A DNA stretch of 64,000 nucleotides from Candidatus Multivoradales bacterium (GTDB lineage Bacteria; Acidobacteriota; Thermoanaerobaculia; Multivoradales; JAHEKO01): the NCBI GenBank assembly GCA_965223855.1, contig CBDCXM010000009.1, positions 1,824,001 through 1,888,000 of the forward strand, written 5' to 3'. The notes beneath the pieces were generated by a model. It was given only the letters and a program-made list of their open reading frames with translations, made no database searches and had not been told where the DNA came from. This document shows, piece after piece, positions 49,234 to 59,598 of the stretch. A program made the position numbers and the translations under genes. Numbering within the stretch: position 1 is the stretch's first letter; every line of letters starts with the position of its first letter.

Positions 49234-50858
49234 GGCGGCCGAAGGCAACTCTCGCCGCGGCACTGATGGCGACCTGCGCAGTCGGGAGCTTGCCCGGAGA
49301 GACAGGTGCCTCAGGTTCCCTGCGCTTCGAGCCGGCGAGCTGGGGACTCGAGTTCCGGCATCGGCATGGCGGGTCGGGACGTCGCTACATGGCCGAAACC
49401 GTCATCGGAGGTGTGGTGCTCTTCGACTACGACGGCGATGGCGACGCCGACGCTCTCTTCGTCGATGGCGCAGCACTTCCCGGCTATGAAGGGGAGGCTC
49501 CCGCCAGCCGGCTGCTGCGCAACGACGGCGGTCGCTTCGAGGACGTGTCGCAGCGCTCGGGGATCGACTTCGGCGGCTACGGCAACGGGGCGGCCGCCGC
49601 TGACGTCGACGGCGACGGGGACGTCGATCTCTACCTGACCGCCCTCGGCTCGAACGCCCTCTACCGCAATCTGGGCGACGGCCGCTTCGAAGCGGTGCCG
49701 CAAGCCGGCGGTGCCGACTCTTCCGCCTGGAGCACCGGCGCGGCGTTCGGCGACGTCGATCGCGACGGTGACCCCGACCTCTACGTCGCCAACTACGTCG
49801 AGTACTCGATCGAAGAGCACCGTCCTTGCCTCACCCAGGGCATCGAGGTCTATTGTCATCCCGGCAAGTTCCCGGGTTCAGGGGATCACTTCTTCAGGAA
49901 CCGTGGCGACGGCAGCTTCGAGGAGGCAACCGCTCAGGCAGGGCTGGCTACCTCGACGGCGGAGGCGGGTCTGGGCGTCATTTTCTCGGATCTCGACAGG
50001 GACGGCTTTCCCGACCTCTTCGTGGCCAACGATTCCGATCCGAACTTCCTGTTCCGCAACCGTGCCGACGGGACGTTCGAGGACATGTCGCTCCTCTCCG
50101 GCACCTCCTACGGCGACTCGGGACGACCCGAGGCGGGGATGGGGCTCGACGTCGCCGACGTGACCGGAGACGGCCGGTTCGAGATCGTGGTGACTCACTT
50201 CGAGGCCGAAACCAACGCCCTCTACTCCTACCAGGGGCGGTGGGTGTTCAGCGATCTCCGCTGGGCCTCCGGCGTCGCGGAACCGTCTCTGAGCGAGCTC
50301 GCCTTCGGCGTCGGTTTCGCCGACTTCGACCACGATGGCGACTTCGATCTCGCCATCGCCAACGGTCACATCCTCGACAACGCCTCCGAGATCGTAGCCA
50401 CGAGTCGGTTTGCTCAGCCCAACGTGATCCTGGAGAACCTCGGGGAAGGACGATTCGCCCCGGAGCTCGAGGCCGGGCTCGACCAACCGGGTGTCAGCCG
50501 CGGCCTCGCCACCGGCGATCTGGATCTGGACGGCGACGTCGACCTCGTGATCGTCAATTCGAACGATCTGGCCGAGGCTTACGAGAACGTCGGCGCACGG
50601 GGTGGATGGGTGGTGTTCGAGCCCGTCGGCCCGGCGGGGGCTCCGGCGACAGGCGCGATCGTCGAGATTACCGCCGGATCCCGGAGTCGGGTCGACGAGC
50701 TCCACGCCGGCTCGTCCTACCTGTCGCAGCACGAGGCGCGGCTCCACTTCGGTCTCGGCGAGGAGTCCGTCGTCGAGTCTGTCGATCTCTACCGCCCGGC
50801 AGCCGGACGCTCGCGCTACCTCCGACTGCCGGCCGGGCGCCGCTACCGGTTGCCCTGA
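49230..50858 (+). CDS. CRTAC1-like FG-GAP/ASPIC-UnbV protein
   Basis: DxDGDG repeats, EAGMG, GSSYLSQ..LHFGLG. Confidence 0.88.
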   Translation: MRRPKATLAAALMATCAVGSLPGETGASGSLRFEPASWGLEFRHRHGGSGRRYMAETVIGGVVLFDYDGDGDADALFVDGAALPGYEGEAPASRLLRNDGGRFEDVSQRSGIDFGGYGNGAAAADVDGDGDVDLYLTALGSNALYRNLGDGRFEAVPQAGGADSSAWSTGAAFGDVDRDGDPDLYVANYVEYSIEEHRPCLTQGIEVYCHPGKFPGSGDHFFRNRGDGSFEEATAQAGLATSTAEAGLGVIFSDLDRDGFPDLFVANDSDPNFLFRNRADGTFEDMSLLSGTSYGDSGRPEAGMGLDVADVTGDGRFEIVVTHFEAETNALYSYQGRWVFSDLRWASGVAEPSLSELAFGVGFADFDHDGDFDLAIANGHILDNASEIVATSRFAQPNVILENLGEGRFAPELEAGLDQPGVSRGLATGDLDLDGDVDLVIVNSNDLAEAYENVGARGGWVVFEPVGPAGAPATGAIVEITAGSRSRVDELHAGSSYLSQHEARLHFGLGEESVVESVDLYRPAAGRSRYLRLPAGRRYRLP

Positions 50859-52582
50859 GCGGCCGCTCCCGGGGCGACGAGTCTCAGGCGCCGACCGGGG
50901 GGGAGGTCGCTCCAACGCTGGCGGGCTCCGTCGGGCCAGGTGACTTCGATGGCGTCGATCCGCTCTGCCGCCCCGAGACCGAAGTGGCGGGTCAGCGGCT
51001 TCTGCGAGAGGTAGGACGTCGCCGTAACCGCCGGCGCCGACTGTCGGCGGCCGGCCTCCACGTGAACGATCGCTCCGATGCCGTCGGTGTTGCTCCCACC
51101 CGAAGACAGATCCAGCTGCACGAAGTCGCCGGCCCCGGTCGTGACGTTCTCGTAGACCTCCGCCAGGTCGTCCGAGTTGACGGCGATCACGTCGAGGTCG
51201 CCGTCGCCGTCGAGGTCGCCGCTGGTCAGCCCGCGGCTGACCCGAACGATGTCGAGGCCGCAATCGAGGCATTCGGTGAACCGCCCCTCGCCGTCGTTGA
51301 CGAGGAGCTGATTGCGCTGTTCGTAGGACAGGCCCGGGAAACTGAGGTGGACGTTGTCGAGGATGTGCCCGTTGGCGATCAGCAGGTCGAGGTCGCCGTC
51401 CTGGTCGAGGTCGGTGAAGTCGGTGCCGAAGCCGAGCATCGACAGAGAAGGTTGCGCCACGCCGAGCAGGTGCCGGGCATCGGTGAAGAGACCGCCGCCG
51501 ATGTTTCGGTAGAGGGCGTTCGTCTCGAGGTCGAAGTTGGTCACGTAGAGGTCGAACCGCCCGTCGCCGTCGATGTCCCCGACGGTGACCCCCATCCCCG
51601 CTTCGGCCTTCATCCGGTCGCCGTGAGAGGTTCCGGAGAGGAGCGAATCGTCCTCGAACGTCCCGTCGCCGCGGTTGCGGAAGAAGTAGTTGGGGGTCGT
51701 GTCGTTGGCGACGTAGACGTCGATCGTGCCGTCGCCGTCGAGATCCGCGGTAACGATGCCGAGGCCCTTGCCGGAGGCCTCCGCGAGCCCGGCGGCAACA
51801 GTCACGTCCTCGAAGCCGCTTCCGCCGACGTTGCGGAAGAGCTGGTCCTGACCGCCCTCGAAAACCTCAGGGTGGCAGAAGCCGACGATCCCCTGGGGGC
51901 TCTTACAGACGGGCGCGTCCTCGAGTGAGTAGTCGAGATAGCTGACGGCGTAGAGGTCGAGGTAGCCGTCACCGTCGAAGTCGGCGAACGCCGCCGACGA
52001 GGTCCAGCGGTCGCCGGCGGCTCCGAAGCGATCGGTCGCATCTTCGAAGGAGCCGTCGCCCCGGTTGAGGTAGAAGCGGTTGGGGCCGTAGGCGGTGAGA
52101 TAGAGGTCGAGGTCGCCGTCTCCGTCGACATCACCGGCGGTGCCGCCGTTGAGGTAGCCCTCGATCGATCCGAGAGCAGAGTCGGTGACGTCGCGGAACG
52201 CTCGGCCGCCTTCGTTGCGGTAGAGGATCGTGCGCCCGGCCTCACCTTCGTAGCCGGGCAAGGCTCCCGCGTCGATGAACAGAGGATCGACGTCGCCGTC
52301 TCCGTCGTAGTCGAAGAGGACGATGCCCCCAGAGTTGGTCTCCATCATGTAGCGGCGGCCCGAACCACCGCTGTGATGTCGGAAGACGAGCCCCCACGCC
52401 TCGGACACTTCCCTCAGGGTGATTGCGGCTTCCTCGGGTTCGGCCGGCTGTGCGCCGGTCGGTGCGCTGTCTGACAGCGCGAGGGCCGGAATTGCGAGGA
52501 TCGCTGCGACGGCGACGACCGGCGCGGTCGCAGCGCGGCACCGGCAATACCCGACGGTGCCAGGATTCCCTGGGATGAGCAT
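50843..52582 (-). CDS. CRTAC1-like FG-GAP/ASPIC-UnbV protein
   Basis: DxDGDG repeats, EAGMG, SYLSQ..RHFGLG..VTWPDG. Start approximate. Confidence 0.88.
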   Translation of the reverse strand: MLIPGNPGTVGYCRCRAATAPVVAVAAILAIPALALSDSAPTGAQPAEPEEAAITLREVSEAWGLVFRHHSGGSGRRYMMETNSGGIVLFDYDGDGDVDPLFIDAGALPGYEGEAGRTILYRNEGGRAFRDVTDSALGSIEGYLNGGTAGDVDGDGDLDLYLTAYGPNRFYLNRGDGSFEDATDRFGAAGDRWTSSAAFADFDGDGYLDLYAVSYLDYSLEDAPVCKSPQGIVGFCHPEVFEGGQDQLFRNVGGSGFEDVTVAAGLAEASGKGLGIVTADLDGDGTIDVYVANDTTPNYFFRNRGDGTFEDDSLLSGTSHGDRMKAEAGMGVTVGDIDGDGRFDLYVTNFDLETNALYRNIGGGLFTDARHLLGVAQPSLSMLGFGTDFTDLDQDGDLDLLIANGHILDNVHLSFPGLSYEQRNQLLVNDGEGRFTECLDCGLDIVRVSRGLTSGDLDGDGDLDVIAVNSDDLAEVYENVTTGAGDFVQLDLSSGGSNTDGIGAIVHVEAGRRQSAPAVTATSYLSQKPLTRHFGLGAAERIDAIEVTWPDGARQRWSDLPPGRRLRLVAPGAAAQGNR

Positions 52583-52611
52583 CGACGCGAGGACAGTGAA
52601 GGAGCGGCCGA

Positions 52612-54270
52612 TCAGCCCTGATCGAGGCGCTCGAGGTTGGCGGCCGCCAGATCGTCGTCCGGTCGGATCTCGAGCGCCCGCTGCAACAGCTCTCGGGCCT
52701 CGTCCTCCTTGCCGGTTTCCATGAGCAGCACCGCGAGATCGTTGAGAGCGGCGGTGTGATCGGGAGAGCTCTCGAGAGCGGTCCGGAAATCGGCCTCCGC
52801 GCCGACGAGGTCGTCCGAAGCCATCCGGATCAGCGCGCGCAGGTAGTGGGCATCGGGGTGTCCCGGCGCCGCCTGCGTGAGCTGGTCGGCGAGCTGGGCC
52901 GCCTCGTCCTTGCGTTCGGCCATCAGCAACACTCGCCCCTCGACGAGCCGCGGCCGGATGTCTTCAGGGGCGAGTGCGGCCTCGCGCCGGGCGACACCGA
53001 GGGCGCGGTCGTACTCCTCCTCGGCGGCGAGTCGCATCGCTTCGCGGAGCTCACGGCCCGTCGGATCCTCGAGGTCTTTCTCGAGCTGAACACTTCGCAG
53101 GGAGGAGGGGACTTCCGAGGAGACGATCTTCTGGAAGCGATCGAGCGCTGCGCGAGCCTCGTCACGACGCCCTACCGCGGCGAGCGCCTGACCGAACTGG
53201 TGCCAGCTCTGCTTGTTCTCCGGTGTCATGCGGGTCGAAAGCTCGAGGTAGTCGAGCGCGTCCTCGTGCCGGCCTCCGGTGACGAGAAGCCTGCCGTACT
53301 CGAGGACGATCGAGGCCGCGATGCGCGGGTCGGGAGCCTGCCCCCCGGCGGCCAGGACCGGCTTGGCGAACGGCTCGAGCGTAGCCAGGGCTCCGTCGAG
53401 ATCGCCGCTCTGATAGCGCGCCTGGCCGAGCTGAAGCGCGACCGCTGGGTTGCTGCCGACCCAGCCGTCGAGCAGAGTCACCGCCTCCGCCGCCTGGCCG
53501 ACCGACGCCTGGGCGTCGGCGAGTGTGCGCCGGACATCGAGTGCCATGTTGTCCGGCGAGTCCTCCAGAAGCGGTTGCAGGGTGCCGATGGCTCCGAATG
53601 GATCGCCCTTCAGCAACAGCAGCTTGCCCCACAGCAGGCGGACCTGAGGGCGCTGCTGGGGGAGGTCGGAGAGCAGTGTCTCGGCATCGTTCGGCCGCTC
53701 GATCTGAAGTGCCGAGAGGGCGGCGATCAGGCGTGCGTCCTCGTCGTTCGGGGCGTTGCGAACCCAGGGCCTCAGAAGCAGGAACGCCTGCTCGTAGCGT
53801 CCGGCTCCTCCGTAGAGCATCCCCAGCTCCCGTGCGGCGGGACTTTGCGGCGAGAGCTCGACTGCACGTTGAAGGAAGGCCTCAGCCCTGGGGAAGTCTC
53901 TGAGGTTCAGTGCGGCACGTCCGGCGTTGTAGAGGAGGCCGGCATTGTCCGGTTGTGTCTCCGCCAAGGGTTCCAGAATCTCGAGCGCCTCAGCAGCGCG
54001 GCCCGTTTCCAGATAGAGCACTCCGAGAAGGCCGAGACCGCGATCGGGAATATCGCCGCGACCTCGAAGAGACTCGAGAGTGGAGATCGCCGCCGCCGTA
54101 TCTCCCTGCTCGAACTGGCGGGCAGCCTCGGCCGCAATCGCGATCGGGTCGGTCGCCTCTTCCGCTTCCTGAGCGCGCAGCGATGCCGGAGTGATCGGGA
54201 GCATTGCGGTCGCGACGGTCGCAGCGAGAGTGAGCCTGGCGAAAGAGGAACTGTCGAATCTCAGCTTCAT
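52612..54270 (-). CDS. Exported TPR-repeat protein
   Basis: Signal peptide (LTLAATVATAML..LRA) and TPRs (LLYNAGRAA, AHYLRALI, ALNDLAVLL). Confidence 0.85.
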   Translation of the reverse strand: MKLRFDSSSFARLTLAATVATAMLPITPASLRAQEAEEATDPIAIAAEAARQFEQGDTAAAISTLESLRGRGDIPDRGLGLLGVLYLETGRAAEALEILEPLAETQPDNAGLLYNAGRAALNLRDFPRAEAFLQRAVELSPQSPAARELGMLYGGAGRYEQAFLLLRPWVRNAPNDEDARLIAALSALQIERPNDAETLLSDLPQQRPQVRLLWGKLLLLKGDPFGAIGTLQPLLEDSPDNMALDVRRTLADAQASVGQAAEAVTLLDGWVGSNPAVALQLGQARYQSGDLDGALATLEPFAKPVLAAGGQAPDPRIAASIVLEYGRLLVTGGRHEDALDYLELSTRMTPENKQSWHQFGQALAAVGRRDEARAALDRFQKIVSSEVPSSLRSVQLEKDLEDPTGRELREAMRLAAEEEYDRALGVARREAALAPEDIRPRLVEGRVLLMAERKDEAAQLADQLTQAAPGHPDAHYLRALIRMASDDLVGAEADFRTALESSPDHTAALNDLAVLLMETGKEDEARELLQRALEIRPDDDLAAANLERLDQG

Positions 54271-56528
54271 GGTAGGGAACTCCGGTGTGCCCGGTGCGCG
54301 GCCGAGGAGGTCCGACCGAGCGAGAGCTTTGGGATTTCGAGGGGTTCGAGTACGGCGGCGCCCTGGCGGGCGAGGTAGAAGCGATCGGGTTGGACTCCGG
54401 GAAACGTCTGAGCAGCGGTAGTGCCCGGCCACCGGACCTCCACCGAGTCTATCGAGATTGCGTCACCCAGGCCGACTTCGAGTTGCAGACTCGAGCCGCC
54501 GAAGGAGCCGCCCGTGCCGACGATTCGGTGGACGCTTCGTGCACCGGCAGGGGAGCTGAGGTGGACGGTGACTCGAGCGCCGATGGCGAAGCGATTGGCA
54601 CCGTCACCATGGAAGCGCAGTACCAGCCATCTGCTCTCGGTTCCGGGGTTCTCGTAGAGAACGTTCGCGTAGGCGTCGTACGGGTAGGCCCCGCCCATCT
54701 GTTCGAACACGTCCTGGTCGCCGTCGTTGTCGATGTCGGCGAAGGCGACGCCATGCCCCTTCTGAAGATGGCCGAAACCGAACTCGAAGGTCACCTCCTC
54801 GAAGGCCCGGCCTTCCAGATTGCGGTAGAGAGCGTTGGGGAGGATCGCCCCGAAGTTCGGGAGTCCGGTTCCGAGGTAGAAATCGAGCCAGCCGTCGTTG
54901 TCCAGGTCGCCGAAGTTTGCGCCCATGGGGAGCAGCGGGCGGGTCAGGCCGGTCGAACGAGCGACCTCGGTAAAGCGTCCTCCGTCATTGCGGTAGAGCA
55001 GCGGATGTCCGGTCGGGACGACGATGTCGAAGTAGGAGGCGGCGACCTGGTCGAAGGGCGTTCCGTAGTCGGCAGCGAACAGATCCAGGTCGCCGTCGTT
55101 GTCGTAGTCGAAGAACCAGGTCGGGAAGCTGCCCTCGGGTTCTGTGACTCCGAGTTCGACGGCGACGTCGACGAATCCGCGTTCCCGGTCGTTCCTGTAG
55201 AGGCGGTTGGCGCCGAAGTTGGAGACGTAGAGATCAGGGTCACCGTCGTCGTCGTAGTCACCCCATGCGACGCCTTTCGCAAAACGCTGGTTCTGCACGC
55301 CGACCGCGCGGGCTACGTCGGTGAATGTGCCGTCGCCATTGTTGCGGAAGAGCTGCGAGGGGTATGGCTTTCCCACTCGTCCTATCAGGGTGGTCGGGTC
55401 GGCTGACCCGGACGGCGACTCATTGCCGACATAGAGATCCAGATCGCCGTCGAGGTCGAAGTCCGCCCAGGCTGCCGTTTGAGTGGGATAGGCGGGATGG
55501 GCGACTCCCGCTGCGGACGTCACGTCGACGAACCGCCCCGCATCGGTCCGGAGCTCGTTGCGCAGGAGTGAGTTCCTGATCCTTCCACCTTCGCCCCACC
55601 AGGCGCCGCGTAACACGAGAAGGTCGATGTGACCGTCGCCGTCGTAGTCGGCCTGCACGAGGTTGAGTCCACCGTACTGGCTGTCGAGGCCCCAGTCGGA
55701 CGAGACATCGAGGAACGTTCCGTCGCCGTTGTTGCGATACGCCTTCATCGCGGCGCAGGGATCGAGGGTGGAGCTGACGATGTCGAGCAGTCCGTCACCG
55801 TCGAAGTCGTCGATGGCAGCTCCTCCCGCGAGGTCGAAGGCATCGACCCCCAGGAGTGGAGCGATGTTGACCCAGTCCCTCTCGGTTTGGTTGAGAATCA
55901 TGTCCTCGCGAAGCCGGGCCGAAGCCGGCACTCCCTCGGGAAACTGGCCGGCGATGGCGCGAGACACGTTGAGCAACCAGCGCGCAGCATGGTCGCTGGG
56001 ATACTCGTTGACGAGAGAGGCGTAGAGGTCTCCCGCTCGGCGGGCCGGGAGCGGGTCACGATGCACGGCTTCCGGAGACAGCGGCAGAATGCAGCTCGCC
56101 GCGTTGTGGTCGTCGACGCAGTTCGCCGCCTCACCCTGTATCAGGTGACTGATCGCCAGGTTCGAAACCACCCATCGCCTGAGTTCGCGTTCCTCAGGCG
56201 TGGTCGCCCCTTCGAGCAGAGTTCTCGCTTTCAGGAGGGCCTCGACCGCCTCTTCGAGTCGCCCGAGTCTGATGAACTCCTGACCGAGTTGCGCCCGCAT
56301 CAGCGCCTCCTGCCGGGGCGCCGGACCTGCCTCGAGTCGCTCCTCGATGAGGGACACGATGCGCCGACCGAAGTACGGGTTGGAGACCTGGAGGTCCTTG
56401 CAGATTCGCTCGAACTCCGCGGCGTTCGCAGGGAACGCCGGCCTCGCCTCCGGCACCGATGGGGCAGTGGTCAGCAGGGCGACCAGGAGGGCGGGAAGGG
56501 CGGGCGCCAGGCTCATCTGACGGATCAT
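54267..56528 (-). CDS. FG-GAP/ASPIC-UnbV protein with TPR-like, Cys-containing N-terminal domain
   Basis: GEAANCVDDHNAASCILP, DFDGDG repeats, LRGAW, FGHLQKGHG, NRFAIGARV, GGSFG..EVGLG. Confidence 0.85.
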   Translation of the reverse strand: MIRQMSLAPALPALLVALLTTAPSVPEARPAFPANAAEFERICKDLQVSNPYFGRRIVSLIEERLEAGPAPRQEALMRAQLGQEFIRLGRLEEAVEALLKARTLLEGATTPEERELRRWVVSNLAISHLIQGEAANCVDDHNAASCILPLSPEAVHRDPLPARRAGDLYASLVNEYPSDHAARWLLNVSRAIAGQFPEGVPASARLREDMILNQTERDWVNIAPLLGVDAFDLAGGAAIDDFDGDGLLDIVSSTLDPCAAMKAYRNNGDGTFLDVSSDWGLDSQYGGLNLVQADYDGDGHIDLLVLRGAWWGEGGRIRNSLLRNELRTDAGRFVDVTSAAGVAHPAYPTQTAAWADFDLDGDLDLYVGNESPSGSADPTTLIGRVGKPYPSQLFRNNGDGTFTDVARAVGVQNQRFAKGVAWGDYDDDGDPDLYVSNFGANRLYRNDRERGFVDVAVELGVTEPEGSFPTWFFDYDNDGDLDLFAADYGTPFDQVAASYFDIVVPTGHPLLYRNDGGRFTEVARSTGLTRPLLPMGANFGDLDNDGWLDFYLGTGLPNFGAILPNALYRNLEGRAFEEVTFEFGFGHLQKGHGVAFADIDNDGDQDVFEQMGGAYPYDAYANVLYENPGTESRWLVLRFHGDGANRFAIGARVTVHLSSPAGARSVHRIVGTGGSFGGSSLQLEVGLGDAISIDSVEVRWPGTTAAQTFPGVQPDRFYLARQGAAVLEPLEIPKLSLGRTSSAAHRAHRSSLP

Positions 56529-56695
56529 AGGCCGAAGCGACCGGCTCTGCCGGAGCGGGTCGCACGCCGGGCATCCGATACGGTTGGCGGGCAGGAGAGG
56601 GTCTCGCCGCTTACGGTATCCTCGTCGCTGACTGCGGCTGCGACGAGCCGACGTATGAAGGTCGCCGTCGCGGTGGTGGCTTGTTCGCTCATCCA

Positions 56696-59290
56696 ATGAG
56701 GCTTCGTTCTCTCGGTCCGCCGGGGCTTCTCGCTGCGGTCGGTTTCGTTCTCGTCAACGCGACAGCGCGCGGTGACGTTCCCGGCGTGGCAGAAGCCGAG
56801 CGCCGGCTCGAGGACGGCGACAGCTCTCGAGCCGAGCTGCTCTTCGCTGAGGCCGCACGAGAAGGGCTGACCACCCGCATCGTCGATGGCTGGGTGCGCT
56901 CGGTGCTGGTTCAGGGGCGGATCGAGGAAGCGGTCGACCTGGCGAAAGCACTGGCGGAGGAGGCAGGGGAGAGGGAGCAGTGGCACATCTCGGCTGCCGC
57001 CCTGGAAGCGGTAGCTGAATCGAGAGTGGCGAACGGCGCTCTACACGCCGAGTTCGGTGTGTTTCTGGCGCTTGCCGAACGGTACAGAGACGCCGTCGAT
57101 GCGCTCGAGAAGGCCAGGGACGCGGGGCTCGACCGCCTCGACGTGGGCTTCTACCTCGGGTCCGCATTGTGGGAAGTCGGCAAGCCGGCTGAGGCGCTCG
57201 AGATCTTCGAATCGGCGCTCGACCGCCACGGCAGGCATCCGGCTCTTCTCGGCCAGTACGGCCGGTTGCTCGTCTGGTCGGGGAAGTTCGCAGAGGCGGT
57301 CGAGCCGCTCTCGGCAGCTGCGAGGGCTCGTCCCGGCGACGTCACCGTCAGGATCGATCTGGCGCGGGCTCTCGATGGAGCGGGTGAGACAGAGCGCGCC
57401 CTCGCTGAGTACACGCGAGCGGTCGCCCTCGCACCGGCACATGGCGAGTTGCGCTACCAGCTCGCTCGACTCGCGCGCGCCACCGGACGTGACGAGAGGG
57501 CGCTCCAGGAACTCGAAACCTACCGCCACCTCTATCGCGAGGAGCAGGCGCGGGTACGTCGCGAAGGATTGGCAGCTCTCGTCTCCCCTGGCGAGGAGCG
57601 GAGGAGCGTGGAGGGGGAGGCGACCCCCCCCGGCGCCGCCGGTGAAGCCCTCAAGCCGGGGATCGACGGCGAATGCGAGATCCGGCTCCACGACGTCGCT
57701 CCCGACGTCGGTCTCGACTTCGTCCACGATCGCGGTACCTCGCCGGCGCGGCACCTGCCGGAGACAATGGGTGCCGGGCTCTCGTGGCTCGACTTCGACG
57801 GCGACGGCTGGCTGGATCTTTACGCCGTCGATTCAGGCTCGCTCATCGGAGAGGGTCGCCCTCCCGACCGGCTGTACCGCAATCTCGGAGACGGCCGTTT
57901 CGAGGACGTCAGCGAAAGGGCGCGAACCGGCGGTGGGGCGGTCGGAGAGGTTGGCGGCCCCGGTATCGGCCACGGTGCCGGTCCTGGCGTCGGACAGGGC
58001 AGTCTGGCGGCGGACTTCGACGGCGACGGCGACGTCGACCTCTATCTCAGCAACTTCGGCCCGGACGAGCTTCTGCGCAACGACGGCCGCGGCGGCTTCG
58101 AACCGCTTCCGGTGACGGCTTCCGGCTCGGGCGCGGCCGGCTCCGCCGGATGGAGTTCGTCGGCCGCCGCCGCCGATCTCGACGGCGACGGCGATCTCGA
58201 TCTCTACGTCACCGGCTACCTCGACTATGCGCTCGATCACGGGCTCGACTGCCGCGATCGCCGGACGGGGGAGAAGCGCTACTGCGACCCTTCCCTCTTC
58301 GAGGGGGGTGCCGACCGGCTGCTCCTCGGAGACGGTGCAGGCGGATTCGAGGACGCGAGCGCCGCGGTCGAGCCCACGACCGGTGCCGGCAGAGGGCTGG
58401 GGGTCGTCCTCGTCGATCTGGATGGTGATCGCGACGCCGAAATCTACGTTGCCAACGACCTGACCCTCAACTTCCTGTTCGAAAACCTCGACGAGGGAAC
58501 GTTCGGCGACGCGACGCTGCTGTCCGGCACGGCGGTCAACGCGAACGGGCGCCCCGAGGCGGGGATGGGGGTTGCGGTTGCCGATGTCGACTCGGATCTC
58601 GATCCCGATCTCGCGGTCACCAACTTCGATGTCGAGACGAACACGCTCTACGAGAACGGCGGTCGTCTCGGCTTCGAGGACGTCTCGGCGACCTCGGGAT
58701 TCGGGGTCCCCTCGTTCAATCGGCTCGCCTTCGGCATCACCGCTTCCGATCTCGACTTCGACGGCGACCTCGACTACTACGTCGCCAACGGACACATCTT
58801 CGAACAGCCGGGACGCGACGATGTCGACTTCGCCCAGCCCGACCAGATCTTCGTCGGCGACGGTGCCGGCCGCTTCGAGGCCGTCGACTGCTTCCGACCG
58901 CGACCGACCGTCGCGCGCGGTCTCGCCCGAGCGGACTACGACCGGGACGGCGACGACGACATCGCCGTCCACGAGAACGGCGGGCCGCTTGGCCTTTTCC
59001 GCAACGAGGGGGCGGCCGAGCGCTGGCGGGGAGTGTCGCTGCGTGGCAGGGGCCGCAATCGCGGCGCGATCGGCGCCGTCGTCACTCTGAGGACCGACTC
59101 AGGGGACGCGCGGCGTTGGGTCGTGGCCGGTGACAGCTACCAGTCCTCGGGAGACCCGGCCGTCCTGCTCCATCCGGCGGAGGGAAGCGAGGTCCGATCA
59201 CTCGATGTCGAGTGGCCGCTCCGCGGCATGACTCGGATCGTCCATCCTCCGATGGGGCGATATCTGGTGCTCCCCGAGCAGGAGGAGTAG
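56696..59290 (+). CDS. TPR + FG-GAP/ASPIC-UnbV fusion protein
   Basis: Signal peptide, roughly 270 aa of TPRs, then PETMGAG, DFDGDG repeats, EAGMG, NRGAIGA, GDSYQS. Confidence 0.87.
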   Translation: MRLRSLGPPGLLAAVGFVLVNATARGDVPGVAEAERRLEDGDSSRAELLFAEAAREGLTTRIVDGWVRSVLVQGRIEEAVDLAKALAEEAGEREQWHISAAALEAVAESRVANGALHAEFGVFLALAERYRDAVDALEKARDAGLDRLDVGFYLGSALWEVGKPAEALEIFESALDRHGRHPALLGQYGRLLVWSGKFAEAVEPLSAAARARPGDVTVRIDLARALDGAGETERALAEYTRAVALAPAHGELRYQLARLARATGRDERALQELETYRHLYREEQARVRREGLAALVSPGEERRSVEGEATPPGAAGEALKPGIDGECEIRLHDVAPDVGLDFVHDRGTSPARHLPETMGAGLSWLDFDGDGWLDLYAVDSGSLIGEGRPPDRLYRNLGDGRFEDVSERARTGGGAVGEVGGPGIGHGAGPGVGQGSLAADFDGDGDVDLYLSNFGPDELLRNDGRGGFEPLPVTASGSGAAGSAGWSSSAAAADLDGDGDLDLYVTGYLDYALDHGLDCRDRRTGEKRYCDPSLFEGGADRLLLGDGAGGFEDASAAVEPTTGAGRGLGVVLVDLDGDRDAEIYVANDLTLNFLFENLDEGTFGDATLLSGTAVNANGRPEAGMGVAVADVDSDLDPDLAVTNFDVETNTLYENGGRLGFEDVSATSGFGVPSFNRLAFGITASDLDFDGDLDYYVANGHIFEQPGRDDVDFAQPDQIFVGDGAGRFEAVDCFRPRPTVARGLARADYDRDGDDDIAVHENGGPLGLFRNEGAAERWRGVSLRGRGRNRGAIGAVVTLRTDSGDARRWVVAGDSYQSSGDPAVLLHPAEGSEVRSLDVEWPLRGMTRIVHPPMGRYLVLPEQEE

Positions 59291-59598
59291 CGTAGGGAAG
59301 CCGATGGGAGGGGTTGTCACCCCCGTACTGCGCCCCTTCCCGCAAGGCCGATCGCTGTTGAATCTGCGCACCGCCGTTCTTCCGGGTAGGACGGCAAGTT
59401 GAGTTCGTCAGCGCGAGCGGCCGCCCTCGCTGGGCGTCGACCGCTGATGTCCCCTTCTCGAGTGAAGGCATCTCGAACACGTGGCTGCTTCGAGAAGGGC
59501 CTCCAGGAGGGACTTCCTACCTGGAAGCCGTTCTCGTGGAAGAAGCACACGCCGGTTACGGTGTTCTCCGCACCGACCGCCTCAAACAGCGGGTCGGC

